Assembly (NCBI GenBank): GCA_026396675.1
Contig: JAPLWI010000013.1
Coordinates: forward strand, 1,218-65,217
DNA: 64,000 nt
Source of the DNA: Candidatus Kaiserbacteria bacterium
GTDB lineage: Bacteria; Patescibacteriota; Minisyncoccia; Phycocordibacterales; Phycocordibacteraceae
Direction of reading: 5' to 3'
Positions 1 through 9,689 of the stretch are shown one piece after another. The notes under the pieces are model-generated. The model saw only the letters and a list, made by a program, of their open reading frames with translations, was not told where the DNA came from and made no database searches. Every line of letters begins with the position of its first letter. Position 1 is the stretch's first letter. A program made the translations under genes and the position numbers.

Positions 1-149
1 TGCAGCAGACCAAGCATTTCCTCTATTGTCTCGGTCTTCGCCCACAACAGAAGCCATTCGTACCAATTTCTAATTGGCCGAATCTCTCTCGTTAACAATG
101 TGTGAATTACTTCTCCTTGGCCATCTTTTTTCAATGTACTTGTACTCAT
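1..149 (-). CDS. hypothetical protein, 5' part (runs off window start)
   Basis: AAGGAGGT SD, then an open frame MSTSTLKKDGQGEVIHTLL... to the window edge. Confidence 0.6.
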   Translation of the reverse strand, partial: MSTSTLKKDGQGEVIHTLLTREIRPIRNWYEWLLLWAKTETIEEMLGLL

Positions 150-247
150 TATCCACTACCTCCTTATTTGGGTTATGCCCTGCGCTGTGGCAGGACTTGT
201 GCTTCTGCGCTGAATCTACTCCTATTATTTAAATTGTCAATATTTTG

Positions 248-319
248 TAGCCCTACGGAGAGTCGGACTCCGATTATCGGCTTGAAAAGCCGGCGTCCTA
301 ACCGTTAGACGATAGGGCC
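248..319 (-). tRNA. tRNA-Glu(TTC)
   Basis: cloverleaf GGCCCTA..., anticodon loop TT-TTC-AA. Confidence 0.92.
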
Positions 320-368
320 ATGTTAAAACCTTATCATTTTCGCCACGAAATGCTAGGATAGGAGCCAC

Positions 369-458
369 GGAGAGGTGGCAGAGTGGTCGAACGCGCTGGT
401 TTCGAAAACCAGTAAGGGCGAAAGCTCTTCGTGGGTTCAAATCCCACCCTCTCCGCCA
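369..458 (+). tRNA. tRNA-Ser(CGA)
   Basis: GGAGAGGTGGCAGAGTGG, CTGGT-TTCGAAA-ACCAG, long variable arm, encoded CCA. Confidence 0.95.
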
Positions 459-461
459 AAC

Positions 462-1184
462 ATGGCGAAACAGAAACCGAAAGTGATCGTGGTGCTGCCG
501 GCGTATAACGCGGCGAAGACGTTGGAGAGAACCGTCACGGACATACCGAAGGAGGTTGTTGATGAGATTATTTTAGTTGATGACTGGAGTAGTGACGAGA
601 CGACTCGTGTGGCGGAATCGCTCGGTCTCACGGTTATCGTGCACGAGAAGAATAAGGGTTATGGTGCAAATCAAAAAACTTGTTATCGCGCGGCGCTTGA
701 GCGCGGTGCTGATATTATCGTGATATTGCATCCTGACTATCAATATGACCCAAAACTCATAAAATATTTTGTTGATTTTATCCAAGAAAATTATTTTGAC
801 ATTATGCTCGGTTCGCGGATTAGGAGCCGAAAAGAAACGCTCGCGGGCGGTATGCCGTTCTACAAATATTATGCGAACCGATTCCTCACCTTGGTAGAAA
901 ATCTCGCAACGGGGCAGAACCTTTCAGAATGGCACACGGGCATGCGCGCATACACGCGAAGTGTTTTAGAGCATATTGATTTCCAAAATAATTCCGATGA
1001 TTTTGTATTTGACACTCAAATATTGTTTCAGGCGATTGAAAAGAAATATCGCATCGGAGAATTACCAGTGCCGGTGCGATATTTCCCCGAGGCGTCGAGC
1101 ATTAATTTTTCTCGCAGTATGAAATACGGTTTACAAACACTCGGTGTCGCTCTACGCTACTGGTTTTCACGGATGTTCATGTAA
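462..1184 (+). CDS. GT2 glycosyltransferase (DPM-synthase-like)
   Basis: [28 protein letters not shown]; true start is the ATG after tRNA-Ser. Confidence 0.9.
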   Translation: MAKQKPKVIVVLPAYNAAKTLERTVTDIPKEVVDEIILVDDWSSDETTRVAESLGLTVIVHEKNKGYGANQKTCYRAALERGADIIVILHPDYQYDPKLIKYFVDFIQENYFDIMLGSRIRSRKETLAGGMPFYKYYANRFLTLVENLATGQNLSEWHTGMRAYTRSVLEHIDFQNNSDDFVFDTQILFQAIEKKYRIGELPVPVRYFPEASSINFSRSMKYGLQTLGVALRYWFSRMFM

Positions 1185-1195
1185 TATAGACGGCA

Positions 1196-2791
1196 ATGTT
1201 GCATAAATTGACTGATAATGTTTTCCGCGGATATTGGCCCTATGTGATTATTTGCACGGTTGGTGTACTTCTCTACGCAAAATCATTTGCATTCGGATTT
1301 ACTTATCTGGACGACCATGTGCTTATTTTGAATAATGTCGCTACGCTTGAGAATTTTTGGTATATCTTCGGCGCCTTTGTGCATGGCGTGTTCCCAGCGG
1401 CACAAGACACATCGCTCTACTACCGACCGCTTCTCACCATATCATTTATGCCGGAGGCGATGATTGGCGGGACAATACCATCTTTCTATCACTTCATAAA
1501 TGTTGTGTTGCACTTAATCTCGGCGTGCTTGGTTTACCTTTTCTTTATCAAACTAAAATACTCAAAAAGGATTTCACTTCTGGCCGGACTCATCTTTGTA
1601 ACGCATCCGGTTTTTGTGCAGGCGGTTGCGTGGATTCCTGGAAGAAATGATCCTCTTCTAGCCATTTTTGTGCTTCTATCTTTCATTTATTTTCTCGACT
1701 TTATCGAGGAAGAAAAACGAAAATCGGTAGTGTATTCAGTATTCTTTTTCGCTTTCGCGCTCTTTACTAAAGAGACATCTGTCGTCTTGCCAGCATTATG
1801 TCTCTTGTATCTTTGGGCGCGCAAAGCACTTAAAAAATCAACGCTTCTGCAATTTTCCGTCGGATGGTTGTCCGCTATTGTTGTGTGGTTTCCAATCCGT
1901 TCTTTCGTTATGAGCGACCAAACGCAGACACCATTCCTCGGTATGATTTCCTCCTTTGTGACGAATGTTCCAGGTACGGTACAAATGGTGGGAAAAATAT
2001 TTTTTCCTTTGAATCTTTCAGTTCTTCCGGTTCTACGGGACACAACCTATCTATGGGGGTATATCGCCATCGCAATCATTGTTGGTTTAGTCGTGTGGCA
2101 ACTGAAGGACAAAAAAGCGTTCATACACAGTTATCGTATGATGCTTTTTGGCGCTGGGTGGTTTCTGTTATTCCTCTGGCCATCATTCATCATTTCCGAT
2201 CCGTCCGGCTCGACCTATTTTCTCGAGCATCGGCTCTATGTGCCGCTCATCGGATTGTTCATCCTCGTTGCCGAGAGTAGTGCGGGCCGCTCTCTAAATG
2301 TAATGTCTCGGAAGCTATTTGTATCTCTGTCGCTTCTCGTTTTGATCCTATTTTCTTGCATTACCTTTGTACACGAAGATGTCTTTTCAAATCGATTAAT
2401 GTTTTGGCAAAGTGCGGCAGTTCATTCTCCTCATTCGTCGTTGGCGAATAAAAATCTCGGTGCGATGTATTATCTCGATCAGAATTATCCGTTGGCTGAA
2501 ATCTATACGCAAAAAGCGCTCGCACTTAATCCGGAAGAACCGATGGCACATAATAATCTCGGTCTTATCGACGCAGCGCGCGGCAAGTTCGATGATGCGA
2601 AAAAAGAATATTTTAAAGAACTCTCCATTAATCTTTTTTATGATAGTGCGCATTACAATCTAGGCCTGCTGTATTACCAGATGGGCGATTTCAGAAATGC
2701 ACGGAAACAGTGGGAACAAACATTGATGATCAATCCGAACTACGACGGCGCACCGCAGGCACTGCAGGAATTAAATCGGGAAGGGAAGTGA
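1196..2791 (+). CDS. TMTC-like GT-C membrane glycosyltransferase with C-terminal TPRs
   Basis: YLDD, YYRPL, HP..AVAWI.GR, ALFTKE, EHRLYVP motifs; many TM helices; TPR repeats. Confidence 0.85.
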   Translation: MLHKLTDNVFRGYWPYVIICTVGVLLYAKSFAFGFTYLDDHVLILNNVATLENFWYIFGAFVHGVFPAAQDTSLYYRPLLTISFMPEAMIGGTIPSFYHFINVVLHLISACLVYLFFIKLKYSKRISLLAGLIFVTHPVFVQAVAWIPGRNDPLLAIFVLLSFIYFLDFIEEEKRKSVVYSVFFFAFALFTKETSVVLPALCLLYLWARKALKKSTLLQFSVGWLSAIVVWFPIRSFVMSDQTQTPFLGMISSFVTNVPGTVQMVGKIFFPLNLSVLPVLRDTTYLWGYIAIAIIVGLVVWQLKDKKAFIHSYRMMLFGAGWFLLFLWPSFIISDPSGSTYFLEHRLYVPLIGLFILVAESSAGRSLNVMSRKLFVSLSLLVLILFSCITFVHEDVFSNRLMFWQSAAVHSPHSSLANKNLGAMYYLDQNYPLAEIYTQKALALNPEEPMAHNNLGLIDAARGKFDDAKKEYFKELSINLFYDSAHYNLGLLYYQMGDFRNARKQWEQTLMINPNYDGAPQALQELNREGK

Positions 2792-3514
2792 TTACCGAAT
2801 CGGCGTCCAATCGTCCGCAATTGCTTTATTAAAAAGTGTGACACTGACAGTATTGCTAATCCATATCCACCAAAGGCGCGCCCAGCCGACAGCATGTGGG
2901 CGCCGTGCACCGTGATAAATCAGTAGGGAAGAATCATAAACTGTGCGGCCAACTCTGGAAAGACGGCAGAAAAAGTCGCCATCTTCGCGAGTGACGAGAT
3001 CCTCACGGAATCCACCAATTTTTTTAAACGCATCATGCCGCACCAGCATAAATTTTCCCGATGCTTCTCCACGATGCAATACATTGTTTTGGAAACGAAG
3101 CATGATGTTGAGAAAACCATATGAGAGTCGATCTGCCACCGTTTCTAATCCTGGAGTGGCGCGTTGCGGACCGGTGACACCTACCACGTCCGGATTATTT
3201 CTAAAATGGGCAAGTGCGCGTTCAAAAAATTCATGCGGATTAGGAATTTCAACGCCAGCGTCAACGAATGCGAGATAGTCGCCAGTGGCGGCCTTCGCGC
3301 CGTCATTACGTCCAATACCGGCCGTGTGTTTCGTGCCATCAAAAACGACAGTGATATGAGCAAACTGTCGCGCAATCTCAACCGTACGATCTTTGCTTCG
3401 TGCATCCGAGACAATTGTCTCGTGCGGAATTCTGAGATTGTCGCGAAATTGCATAATCGTTTGCCCAATCGTTCTTTCTTCTTCGCGCGCCGGAATAATA
3501 ATAGAGAGCAACAT
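2792..3514 (-). CDS. GT2 glycosyltransferase
   Basis: SIIIPAR, GRNDGA, FVDA, IGGF..ED. Confidence 0.88.
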   Translation of the reverse strand: MLLSIIIPAREEERTIGQTIMQFRDNLRIPHETIVSDARSKDRTVEIARQFAHITVVFDGTKHTAGIGRNDGAKAATGDYLAFVDAGVEIPNPHEFFERALAHFRNNPDVVGVTGPQRATPGLETVADRLSYGFLNIMLRFQNNVLHRGEASGKFMLVRHDAFKKIGGFREDLVTREDGDFFCRLSRVGRTVYDSSLLIYHGARRPHAVGWARLWWIWISNTVSVTLFNKAIADDWTPIR

Positions 3515-3515
3515 A

Positions 3516-4103
3516 TTACCAATCTATCGTCGCTAATTTTCGACTCACTGTACGAATTCCGAAGAAGAATAGAACCGGTATCATAAGTGCGAGCGCGATC
3601 TGGAAATTTCCTGGGATGTACTGCAATATATTGCCAAAATAGTAGCCGACACACATTAAGAGAGATATCCACACAACGCCGCCAAGCACATTGATGGTGA
3701 CGTAGCGCAAAAATGGTACTCGCAACATACCAGCAACGATTAAAATAGGCACAGCAAATCCGAACCCCATCGTGAGTTTTGATACAACAAGAATCTTGGC
3801 GTGATAGCGATTGAATCGCTTTTCCACCTTCTCAATAATCTGCGGAGTTACTCGCATAAAATGGCCCCAGCGCATAAAGAACGACCGTGCGGCGCAACGA
3901 CCGATGAGATACCACATAATATCGGAGCAAAAATCGGCGGCTAAGAGAGTGCCGAATGCAGGCCAAAAAGAAACAACACCAAGGTGCCATAGAAAACCTG
4001 TCGTCATCATCGCCGCTGATCCTTCGAAATAACAGCCAATGAAAACGAGAACGTATTTTGATTGCTCTAAAAATGCGAGCAGGGCGGGTAAAAATCCCAA
4101 CAT
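3516..4103 (-). CDS. DedA family membrane protein
   Basis: D...YLIGR, AG.LRVPF.RY.TIN..G..VW motifs; start approximate. Confidence 0.85.
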   Translation of the reverse strand: MLGFLPALLAFLEQSKYVLVFIGCYFEGSAAMMTTGFLWHLGVVSFWPAFGTLLAADFCSDIMWYLIGRCAARSFFMRWGHFMRVTPQIIEKVEKRFNRYHAKILVVSKLTMGFGFAVPILIVAGMLRVPFLRYVTINVLGGVVWISLLMCVGYYFGNILQYIPGNFQIALALMIPVLFFFGIRTVSRKLATIDW

Positions 4104-4196
4104 TACTTCCAGTGAATCACGAATTGAGCTACTTGACAAGTGTAAACAGAGGTGTATATTGTCTGCAGATAAAAATAAACCTTATGGAGGTGTTTT

Positions 4197-4784
4197 ATGT
4201 TCTTTGGATGGTTAATTGCTCTAGAAACAGAAGTGGCGTTAATGGGATTGTTTGCGTGGAGTGGTAATCTCTTCACTGAAAAACAGATGTTGAAACACCA
4301 CGGACCACAAGGGCTTGTATTCATTTACCACGGTGGGATATGGGGAGACGTCATCATCATTTCGCCGCTCGTTGCTGCTATCGTAGAGTGTTGCGGATCA
4401 GAATGGTTGTTGCGACAAAAGATCACAGCTCTTATTGTAGGGTTCGTAGCAAGTGTAGCGATGCACCAAATGTATACGAAAATTCCATGGCCCGACGCTC
4501 TCATGAATACCAAAGCGTGGATAATACACATGCTATACACGGCTCTCGCAATCGCAGCATTCTTTCTTTATTTTATTTGGGCACCCTTCACACCGTGGAT
4601 GTGGTTAGTGTCTGGTTTCATCGTCATACACGTTGCCGTTGGGAATCATGCAGTACTTGGCCTTCTACACATATCGCGTTATCCGGGGAAGCCATTCACA
4701 GATTCGTTCTTCTGGATCCAGATATCTGGTGTCGCGGTACTTACCTTTGGAGTTACTACTTGCCGGGCGTTGAAATTCTGGTAG
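4197..4784 (+). CDS. hypothetical His-rich membrane protein
   Basis: TTGACA promoter, GGAGGTG SD, several hydrophobic segments. Confidence 0.7.
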   Translation: MFFGWLIALETEVALMGLFAWSGNLFTEKQMLKHHGPQGLVFIYHGGIWGDVIIISPLVAAIVECCGSEWLLRQKITALIVGFVASVAMHQMYTKIPWPDALMNTKAWIIHMLYTALAIAAFFLYFIWAPFTPWMWLVSGFIVIHVAVGNHAVLGLLHISRYPGKPFTDSFFWIQISGVAVLTFGVTTCRALKFW

Positions 4785-4859
4785 CCAACAGGAACCGTAC
4801 AGGCGTTATACGCTTGCACGGTTCTTTCATTTTATATATCGGCGTGTCATTATTAGCAT

Positions 4860-5609
4860 ATGCGAATCAGTTTTGTAATTCCCGCTTACAATGAGGAACA
4901 GCGCCTGCCGAGTTGCTTGTCTTCAGTTGAACGCGAACTCGCACGCACTTCATGTGATGCGGAAGTCATTGTGGTAAATAATGCGAGCACTGATTGTACT
5001 GGCGAAGTCGCAAGATCATTTAATTGGGTAAAGGTCGTTAACGAACCAAACAAAGGGCTCGTACGCGCGCGCCACGCCGGATTTACCGTATCAACAGGAG
5101 ACATCATCGCGAACATTGATTCCGATACGATAATGCCGGAAGGATGGCTTGAAACCGTGATAAATGAGTTTAAACACGACGAGCATCTCGCGGCGCTTAG
5201 CGGACCATACATTTATTACGACCTTTCAATATTGCATCGTTTTTTAACAAAGTTTTTTTATTTTTTAGGGTATATATCTCATTTGATAAATCACCACATT
5301 CTGCATTCAGGCGCGATGCTTCAGGGAGGAAATTTTATCGTGCGTCGTTCACATCTTGAACAGATTGGCGGATTTGATACCTCTATTGAATTTTATGGTG
5401 AAGATACCGATATTGCACGACGCATCAGTAAAGTTGGGAGGGTGAAGTGGACATTCAAATTACCTATGTACACATCTGGTAGACGGCTCGCGAAAGAGGG
5501 AACTATGAGAATGGGACTGCGCTATGCGGCAAATTATTTCCACACGCTAATCCTCGGCAAGCCACTTACGGTTGAATACACAGACATACGCGACACCGCC
5601 AAGTATTGA
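4860..5609 (+). CDS. GT2 glycosyltransferase
   Basis: SFVIPAYNEE, VVNNASTD, IDSD, GEDTD. Confidence 0.9.
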   Translation: MRISFVIPAYNEEQRLPSCLSSVERELARTSCDAEVIVVNNASTDCTGEVARSFNWVKVVNEPNKGLVRARHAGFTVSTGDIIANIDSDTIMPEGWLETVINEFKHDEHLAALSGPYIYYDLSILHRFLTKFFYFLGYISHLINHHILHSGAMLQGGNFIVRRSHLEQIGGFDTSIEFYGEDTDIARRISKVGRVKWTFKLPMYTSGRRLAKEGTMRMGLRYAANYFHTLILGKPLTVEYTDIRDTAKY

Positions 5610-5613
5610 TGTT

Positions 5614-6552
5614 TTATTGTTTCTTAATCCACAAATAAATATCTTCAAGCGCCTTAACACCGTCGCCGGCAGCGATATTATTCTGATGATAGAGCTCGTC
5701 TGTGCAGTCGCCGGCGGCCCAAATTCCTTCAATGCTCGTGCGTTGATTGTGTGCGTCCGTTTTTATACGCTTTAAATCGTCAACAGCAACAAGTCCTTCA
5801 GCGAATCCTGTATTCGGAACTACACCAATTTCTACAAAAATACCGGACACGTTACATTCTTTTATTTCCTCTGAATCATTATCTTTATATTTAAAACCAG
5901 TAACGAATCCGCCAGCTGGCGGATCGCCCAGAATCTCAGTCGGTTCGGCATTCGAAATCACGTGCATATTCGGATGTGCGCAGGCCTTAGCAACAGTTAT
6001 CGGATCCGCCTTGAACTCTTTGTTTTTATGGACGAGCGTGACTGACTTCGCGTATGCAAGAAGTTGAAGCGCTGTCTCAAAACCAGCATTGCCGCCACCG
6101 ATGACCGCAACGTCTTGGCCTGAAAACATGGGGCCGTCGCATGAAGCGCAGTAAGTAACACCTTTATTCTCAAATTTCTCCGCGCCGGGGATATCAAGTT
6201 TTCTGCGGCTTGCTCCCGAAGCTACTAAAATTGCTTTCGCAGAAAATTCTTTTCCAGTTTTTGTTTTTGAAATGAATCCAACGTTAATTTTTTCAAGTGA
6301 TTCAACACGTTCGCCTAGTTCAAGCGTTACAAAATCATTTTTTACGGCATCAAGATGCGCACCGAGCGACTTAGCCAAGTCAGCTCCGCTTATCTTCGGT
6401 GTGCCGACCCAATTTTCAATGCCATCTGAAACAACTGATTGCCCACCGATTTCTTCAGCGATGAGAATTGTTTTTAAATGTTTGCGCGCCGCATAAATAC
6501 CCGCGGCAGCGCCTGCCGGCCCCCCGCCGATAATTATTAAGTCATTCATCAC
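5614..6552 (-). CDS. trxB: thioredoxin-disulfide reductase (TrxB/AhpF-like)
   Basis: GGGPAG, YCASCDG, GGGNAG, AAGD. Confidence 0.85.
   Translation of the reverse strand: MMNDLIIIGGGPAGAAAGIYAARKHLKTILIAEEIGGQSVVSDGIENWVGTPKISGADLAKSLGAHLDAVKNDFVTLELGERVESLEKINVGFISKTKTGKEFSAKAILVASGASRRKLDIPGAEKFENKGVTYCASCDGPMFSGQDVAVIGGGNAGFETALQLLAYAKSVTLVHKNKEFKADPITVAKACAHPNMHVISNAEPTEILGDPPAGGFVTGFKYKDNDSEEIKECNVSGIFVEIGVVPNTGFAEGLVAVDDLKRIKTDAHNQRTSIEGIWAAGDCTDELYHQNNIAAGDGVKALEDIYLWIKKQ
5907..5924. repeat. palindrome ATCCGCCAGCTGGCGGAT in frame in trxB (DPPAGG)
   Basis: perfect palindrome; same core at 29326-29341 in infB. Confidence 0.85.
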
Positions 6553-6709
6553 ACTATCTTACCTCAAATTATTTTTTGTGTATTTATAAAGATGACCTTT
6601 GACACCTTTAATAGATATTGTTACATTCTAGGCAGAAATAGTTCTGGGTAGCGGCAAAGAGCCGTTCTCCTATTGAAAATCAACAAATAAAAATGAAAGG
6701 AGTTGGAAA

Positions 6710-7444
6710 ATGAAGAAATTAAATGTTAAAGATCTTCCAGTCGCAGGGAATGTCTGCGCACAGGTGTTACGCGAGGTAGAAAGATGGTCCACATGGTCAA
6801 TGGCTCACGTAATAATGAACCCGATGGCAGAATCTCTTCCTCACAACCATCAACAGATGGTCGAGATTTATGTCATAACGAAAGGGTACGGTGAATTGGT
6901 AATGGATGTTGGACCAACCACAGCATATTGCAAAGTGACCGGAGGGAATGCATATGGAATTCCGATGGGTCTTACACATATGCTTCGCAACAGAAGTAGT
7001 GGGCACTTGGAACATCTTGTGTTCGCCTTACCTCCATTTGATCCTTCCGATATTCTTCTGGTAAAGAAGGAAGATTTTGCCCAGAGAATATTCAACCTCG
7101 ATATATTCTTGCCTGAAGTGCAAGAATGTTTTGATGGGGCGAAAATACTCCCGTATAGTTTTCCTGCACTCGACCTAAGCATCACCTTCGGTTGGGTTAT
7201 CAACAATCCTGCCAGGCACAAGCAACCTCACTATCACAAAGAAATAACCGAATTTATCTATGTGGTAGAGGGTGAAGGATTCATTGAGATGGACTTTGTT
7301 CGTCGATCAATACAACCAGGCGATTGGATTCGCATCGATCCAGAGATAGAACACGCTCTACGCAACGAATCGCCTGAAGATATGGTTGTCGTATGCGTAT
7401 GTTCACCGGCATTTAAAATGGACGATGTTCATTACCATGTCTGA
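6710..7444 (+). CDS. bicupin protein
   Basis: two cupin motifs (HNH...E...G.G...H; HYH...E...GEG...H). Confidence 0.85.
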   Translation: MKKLNVKDLPVAGNVCAQVLREVERWSTWSMAHVIMNPMAESLPHNHQQMVEIYVITKGYGELVMDVGPTTAYCKVTGGNAYGIPMGLTHMLRNRSSGHLEHLVFALPPFDPSDILLVKKEDFAQRIFNLDIFLPEVQECFDGAKILPYSFPALDLSITFGWVINNPARHKQPHYHKEITEFIYVVEGEGFIEMDFVRRSIQPGDWIRIDPEIEHALRNESPEDMVVVCVCSPAFKMDDVHYHV

Positions 7445-7453
7445 TGAGAATTA

Positions 7454-7497
7454 AAAGAGCCCTGCGAATTCGTGCCAGGGCTCTTTATTGTTTTTTT
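7454..7497. terminator. probable bidirectional intrinsic terminator
   Basis: AAAGAGCCCTG...CAGGGCTCTTT plus T-rich tail, between convergent genes. Confidence 0.75.
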
Positions 7498-7505
7498 ATC
7501 CGAGT

Positions 7506-8762
7506 TTATTTTTTGTGTCTGCGTAGGAATGCCGGAATTGCACCCCATGCTTCATCATCTTCTGGAACCACTGGCGCCTCTTCGCGTTTATGCGGCAATG
7601 CAGTTACGATTGGTTCGTCTTTTTGACTCATAACGGTACCTTCCGGATTTAGTTCCTGATTTTTTACCTTTGCCGATTTTTCGGGTTCGGATTTTTCATC
7701 GCGTTTTAGAATCTCATGATAAATACGTCCTCTTTCCTCCTCGTGCTTTTCAGCAGGTAGTGAGAAGAGAGATCGTTCAAGGATAGTGTGCGAAGCAGTT
7801 ACTGCATCTGGGAATCCAGTTGCGATAACGATAATACGGATCTGTCCTTTTTTAAGTTTCTCGTCACGCATAATTCCGAAAATAACCTTCGCACTCTTAT
7901 CAATGGACTCACTGATAACCTTCGCCGCCTCCTGTACTTCCATGATCCCGAGATCATCAGAGCCGGCGACGACAAAGAGAATGCCGCGCGCACCACTGAT
8001 GGAAACATCGAGAAGTGGAGAATTGACTGCCTGGCGAGCAGCTTCTCTAGCACGCTCATCGCCTTCGGCGATGCCGATGCCCATAAGCGCCGGTCCAGCG
8101 CCTTCCATAATCGCCTTAATGTCATTAAAGTCAGTGTTGATGTCTCCTGGAGTCGTGATGATGTCTGAAACACCCTCAACCGCCTGACGCAAGATTTCAT
8201 CGCACATCGCAAAGGCATTTTTCGCCGAAGTGTTGGTGTCAACAATAGAAAGCAACTTATCGTTTGGAATAACGATGAATGCGTCAACTTCTTTTTTTAA
8301 TTCAGTTAATCCTCTCTCAGCAATATCGCGTCGCTGAGCTCCTTCAAAAGAAAATGGCTTTGTCACAACAGCGATAACCAGCGCGCCAACTTCTTTCGCT
8401 ATTTTTGCAATGATAGCGGAGGCGCCCGTTCCAGTTCCGCCACCCATTCCGCAGGTGATGAACACCATATCGCTTCCTGAGAGCGCTTCTTGAATTTCTT
8501 GTCGCGTCTCCTCGGCAGCACGCTTGCCGAGTTCGGGATTCATACCGGTGCCGAGGCCTCGCGTGAGATTCTTCCCGATGTGAATTTTGCGTTTAGAAAG
8601 CGAACGATGAAGATCCTGCGCATCAGAGTTAACGGCAATAAATTCAACGCCGCGAACCTTCGATTCAATCATGTGATTTATCGCGTTCTTACCTGAACCG
8701 CCTACTCCAACTACACGAATCCGTGCGAATGTCTCAATCTCTGGTTCAATGCGTTTTGACAT
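7506..8762 (-). CDS. ftsZ: cell division protein FtsZ
   Basis: GGGTGTG, INTDFND, C-terminal IPAFLRR. Confidence 0.98.
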   Translation of the reverse strand: MSKRIEPEIETFARIRVVGVGGSGKNAINHMIESKVRGVEFIAVNSDAQDLHRSLSKRKIHIGKNLTRGLGTGMNPELGKRAAEETRQEIQEALSGSDMVFITCGMGGGTGTGASAIIAKIAKEVGALVIAVVTKPFSFEGAQRRDIAERGLTELKKEVDAFIVIPNDKLLSIVDTNTSAKNAFAMCDEILRQAVEGVSDIITTPGDINTDFNDIKAIMEGAGPALMGIGIAEGDERAREAARQAVNSPLLDVSISGARGILFVVAGSDDLGIMEVQEAAKVISESIDKSAKVIFGIMRDEKLKKGQIRIIVIATGFPDAVTASHTILERSLFSLPAEKHEEERGRIYHEILKRDEKSEPEKSAKVKNQELNPEGTVMSQKDEPIVTALPHKREEAPVVPEDDEAWGAIPAFLRRHKK

Positions 8763-8857
8763 AAGAATATAAATAATGTGTTTCCGCTATGATAGCAGAA
8801 CCACGCCATATGCAAATATTGACAATGTAGGGATATAAGATGTTAAAATTAACTAGA

Positions 8858-9340
8858 ATGGAACAAAAGATTGATATAGAAAGAGCTATACGCGACCATC
8901 ACAAACTTATAGAAATTTCGCGGAAGTTATACGATGCAACCCCAGAAATTCTTTGTCCTTATTTCAAATCAAATGTCTCGCTTACTTCTGACGGTTTCAA
9001 TCACCTATTACATAAACCGAATAGACAGCCGAGAAATATCCAAGAGCAGAAACTGAAACTCAGATTGTTAAAGCACGGCCTCGCTATCATTAGTAACACA
9101 GGTACGCTTCAGGAATATAGAACCACTCTTGAGAAATATGGAACACCAGGAAGAGATGGATTCAGTAAAACGAAACAAGTTGAATATTGGGGTTTCCATA
9201 ACATTGTTGGTAAAGAACCGATGATTCTAATTCGCATAATTATAAGAAGAATCGGCGATGGGAAATTACATTTTTGGAGTGTGATGCCAATTGGGAAAAT
9301 AGGAAAGCAAAAACTGTATAGAAATGATGTGGAAGAATAG
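8858..9340 (+). CDS. uncharacterised putative nuclease (BECR/RelE-like fold inferred), paralog of 62317-62796
   Basis: shares GFNH, T.QEY, V.YWG and R.IGD(N)G.LHFWS..P motifs with the paralog; fold call is inference. Confidence 0.7.
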   Translation: MEQKIDIERAIRDHHKLIEISRKLYDATPEILCPYFKSNVSLTSDGFNHLLHKPNRQPRNIQEQKLKLRLLKHGLAIISNTGTLQEYRTTLEKYGTPGRDGFSKTKQVEYWGFHNIVGKEPMILIRIIIRRIGDGKLHFWSVMPIGKIGKQKLYRNDVEE

Positions 9341-9342
9341 TA

Positions 9343-9435
9343 AACAGAAAAGCCGCCCAACGGGCGGCTGCTCTGTCGTGCCTGCCTTCAGCTTAGGTAA
9401 TCCTTAGCCGATAAGGGGCTTACGCCCACAGGCAC
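9343..9435 (-). ncRNA. candidate three-helix small RNA, copy A, plus terminator
   Basis: TTGCCG-16-TATAAT upstream; P1 GTGCCTGT/GCAGGCAC, P2 GGGC-GTAA-GCCC, P3 TCGGCT/AGCTGA; homologous to 62227-62280. Confidence 0.75.
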
Positions 9436-9486
9436 GGACTCATTATACACTATGACCACAGCTCGGCAACATTTTCCACAAGCTCC

Positions 9487-9684
9487 TCATTTTGCAAGGT
9501 CCATGGAAATTTTGTAGCCCAGATACAAAACACAAAGAAAAGATGTGACTATATATCCATTCATAAAACCGAATCGCCCATCATTTTCTGGGGCGTAGCC
9601 AAGAAGAAAAGTTGCGGCTGCAAAAATCAAAACGAAATAAAGAAAGTTCTTCCAGAAAATTTTATCTTGCAAAGGAAGTTTCAT
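9487..9684 (-). CDS. small two-TM membrane protein
   Basis: ATG just after the ftsA stop; two hydrophobic segments. Confidence 0.6.
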   Translation of the reverse strand: MKLPLQDKIFWKNFLYFVLIFAAATFLLGYAPENDGRFGFMNGYIVTSFLCVLYLGYKISMDLAK

Positions 9685-9689
9685 TTTAC

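Noticed and set aside
375-461. N-terminal extension of the ORF-track protein 375..1184
   Set aside because: It overlaps tRNA-Ser; the real start is ATG 462.
9378-9447. Small RNA as a hammerhead ribozyme, SRP RNA or tRNA
   Set aside because: ATGAG is present but the CUGANGA/GAAA core is not; there is no SRP helix-8 motif and no cloverleaf.
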